A stretch of DNA of 64,000 nucleotides from an uncultured Verrucomicrobiae bacterium (lineage in GTDB: Bacteria > Verrucomicrobiota > Verrucomicrobiia > Limisphaerales > UBA1096). The notes under the pieces are model-generated. The model worked only from the letters and a program-made list of their open reading frames with translations, did not search any database and was not told the DNA's origin. The stretch lies in contig CALJHX010000005.1 in NCBI GenBank assembly GCA_937770485.1, positions 604-64,603 on the forward strand, read 5' to 3'. The position numbers were made by a program, and so were the translations under genes. The first letter of the stretch is position 1; every line of letters begins with the position of its first letter. Below are positions 63,282 to 64,000 of the stretch, piece by piece.

Positions 63282-64000
63282 CCGAAAAACCGTTTTAGGA
63301 ACTGACCGGTGTGGGAGTTTTTGGCTTGGGCGATTTTGGCTGGGGGGCCTTGAGCGATGATTTTTCCGCCGCCTTCGCCGCCCTCGGGGCCGATGTCGAT
63401 GACCCAGTCGGCGGCGGCGATCAAGTCGAGGTTGTGCTCTATGACCAGCACCGTGTGGCCTCCCTCGACCAGGCGTTGCAGCACCCCGACCAAGCGTCGC
63501 ACATCCGCCATGTGCAGGCCGATCGTTGGCTCCTCGAGGAGGAACAGATTCTTTTTCGAGTCGGACTTGAGCCGGGCTGGGTTGTCGCTGAGGCCGCTTA
63601 GTAGGTGGGTGACTAGTTTGACGCGTTGGGCTTCGCCGCCGCTGAGCGTAGGGCTGGTCTGGCCCAACTTGAGGTAACCAAGACCGGTGTCGCGGAGCGC
63701 CTTTAGGGGCCGAAAAATCTTCGGCACAGCCCCGAAAAACTCGGCGGCCTCGCTGACGCTTAACTCGAGTACATTGGCGATTGTTTTGCCGTTGTAAACG
63801 ATGTCCAGCACCTCCGGGCTGTAGCGGCTGCCCTCGCAGGTGTCGCACGTCATGAAGGCGGGCGGCAGGAAGTTCATCTCAAGTTTCACGATGCCCGCTC
63901 CCTTACACTCGGGGCAGCGGCCCTGCGGGCTGTTGAACGAAAACCGTGCCGGTCCAAAGCCGCGCATCCGAGACTCCGGAACCTGCGCGAATAGTTGGCG
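63278..64000 (-). CDS. uvrA: Excinuclease ABC subunit A, C-terminal part (5' end outside window)
   Basis: CPECKGAGIVKLEMNFL zinc finger, LSGGEAQRVKL ABC signature, LFLLEEPTIGLH Walker B, HNLDLIAAADWVIDIGPEGG. Confidence 0.92.
   Translation of the reverse strand, partial: RQLFAQVPESRMRGFGPARFSFNSPQGRCPECKGAGIVKLEMNFLPPAFMTCDTCEGSRYSPEVLDIVYNGKTIANVLELSVSEAAEFFGAVPKIFRPLKALRDTGLGYLKLGQTSPTLSGGEAQRVKLVTHLLSGLSDNPARLKSDSKKNLFLLEEPTIGLHMADVRRLVGVLQRLVEGGHTVLVIEHNLDLIAAADWVIDIGPEGGEGGGKIIAQGPPAKIAQAKNSHTGQFLKRFFG

Noticed and set aside
1-64000. Search for tRNA, rRNA, CRISPR, integrase/transposase, prophage or toxin-antitoxin modules.
   Set aside because: No spacer contains tRNA-like T-arm/anticodon architecture or rRNA-like sequence, there are no repeat-spacer arrays, and no ORF carries recombinase or transposase motifs that I could recognise.

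Overview
High-GC chromosomal segment whose gene content points to the PVC superphylum (Verrucomicrobiota/Planctomycetota-like). Markers are a dehydrogenase-domain protein with a Pirellula/Verrucomicrobium-type CxxCH haem domain, a PSCyt1/PSCyt2/PSD1 protein and a PmoA-family (DUF6807) protein. I support about 50 protein genes, mostly housekeeping: recG, uvrA (partial), rpoD, rhlE, a DinG-like helicase, dsbD, ispF, rlmB, cysE, mog, trpG/pabA, corA, tatD and yjbQ. There are also two sigma-54 activators, three GT-type envelope genes, a sugar-acid module (enolase-superfamily enzyme + GntP) and a Wza/Wzc-type polysaccharide export block. I saw no rRNA, tRNA, CRISPR array, transposase or integrase. 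The most striking signal is not a gene. The perfect palindrome GCTTGGCCAAGC (consensus CGCTTGGCCAAGCG) occurs at least 21 times, its 10-nt core 37 times and its 8-nt core TTGGCCAA about 62 times (hand counts). It lies inside conserved genes in all three reading frames (read as LGQA / AWPS / LAKR) and in intergenic DNA. It is nearly absent from visibly AT-richer blocks such as the polysaccharide export locus. This looks like a highly iterated palindrome (HIP-like) or uptake/methylation-linked genomic signature, and I do not know it to be described. Secondary observations are listed here. (1) An ORF-free AT-rich 0.5-kb gap holds a 19-bp-stem hairpin plus an orphan intrinsic terminator. (2) A VTC-domain / DUF4956 / HlyD-like operon. 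(3) rpoD is preceded by a Lys/Ala/Pro-rich ORF that joins it if one base is restored in a 15-bp tandem repeat. (4) A YdcF/DUF218 gene is split by a 1-nt shift in an A6 run. (5) An FHA-domain protein is translationally coupled to Wza. All family assignments come from motif recognition by eye, not database searches.
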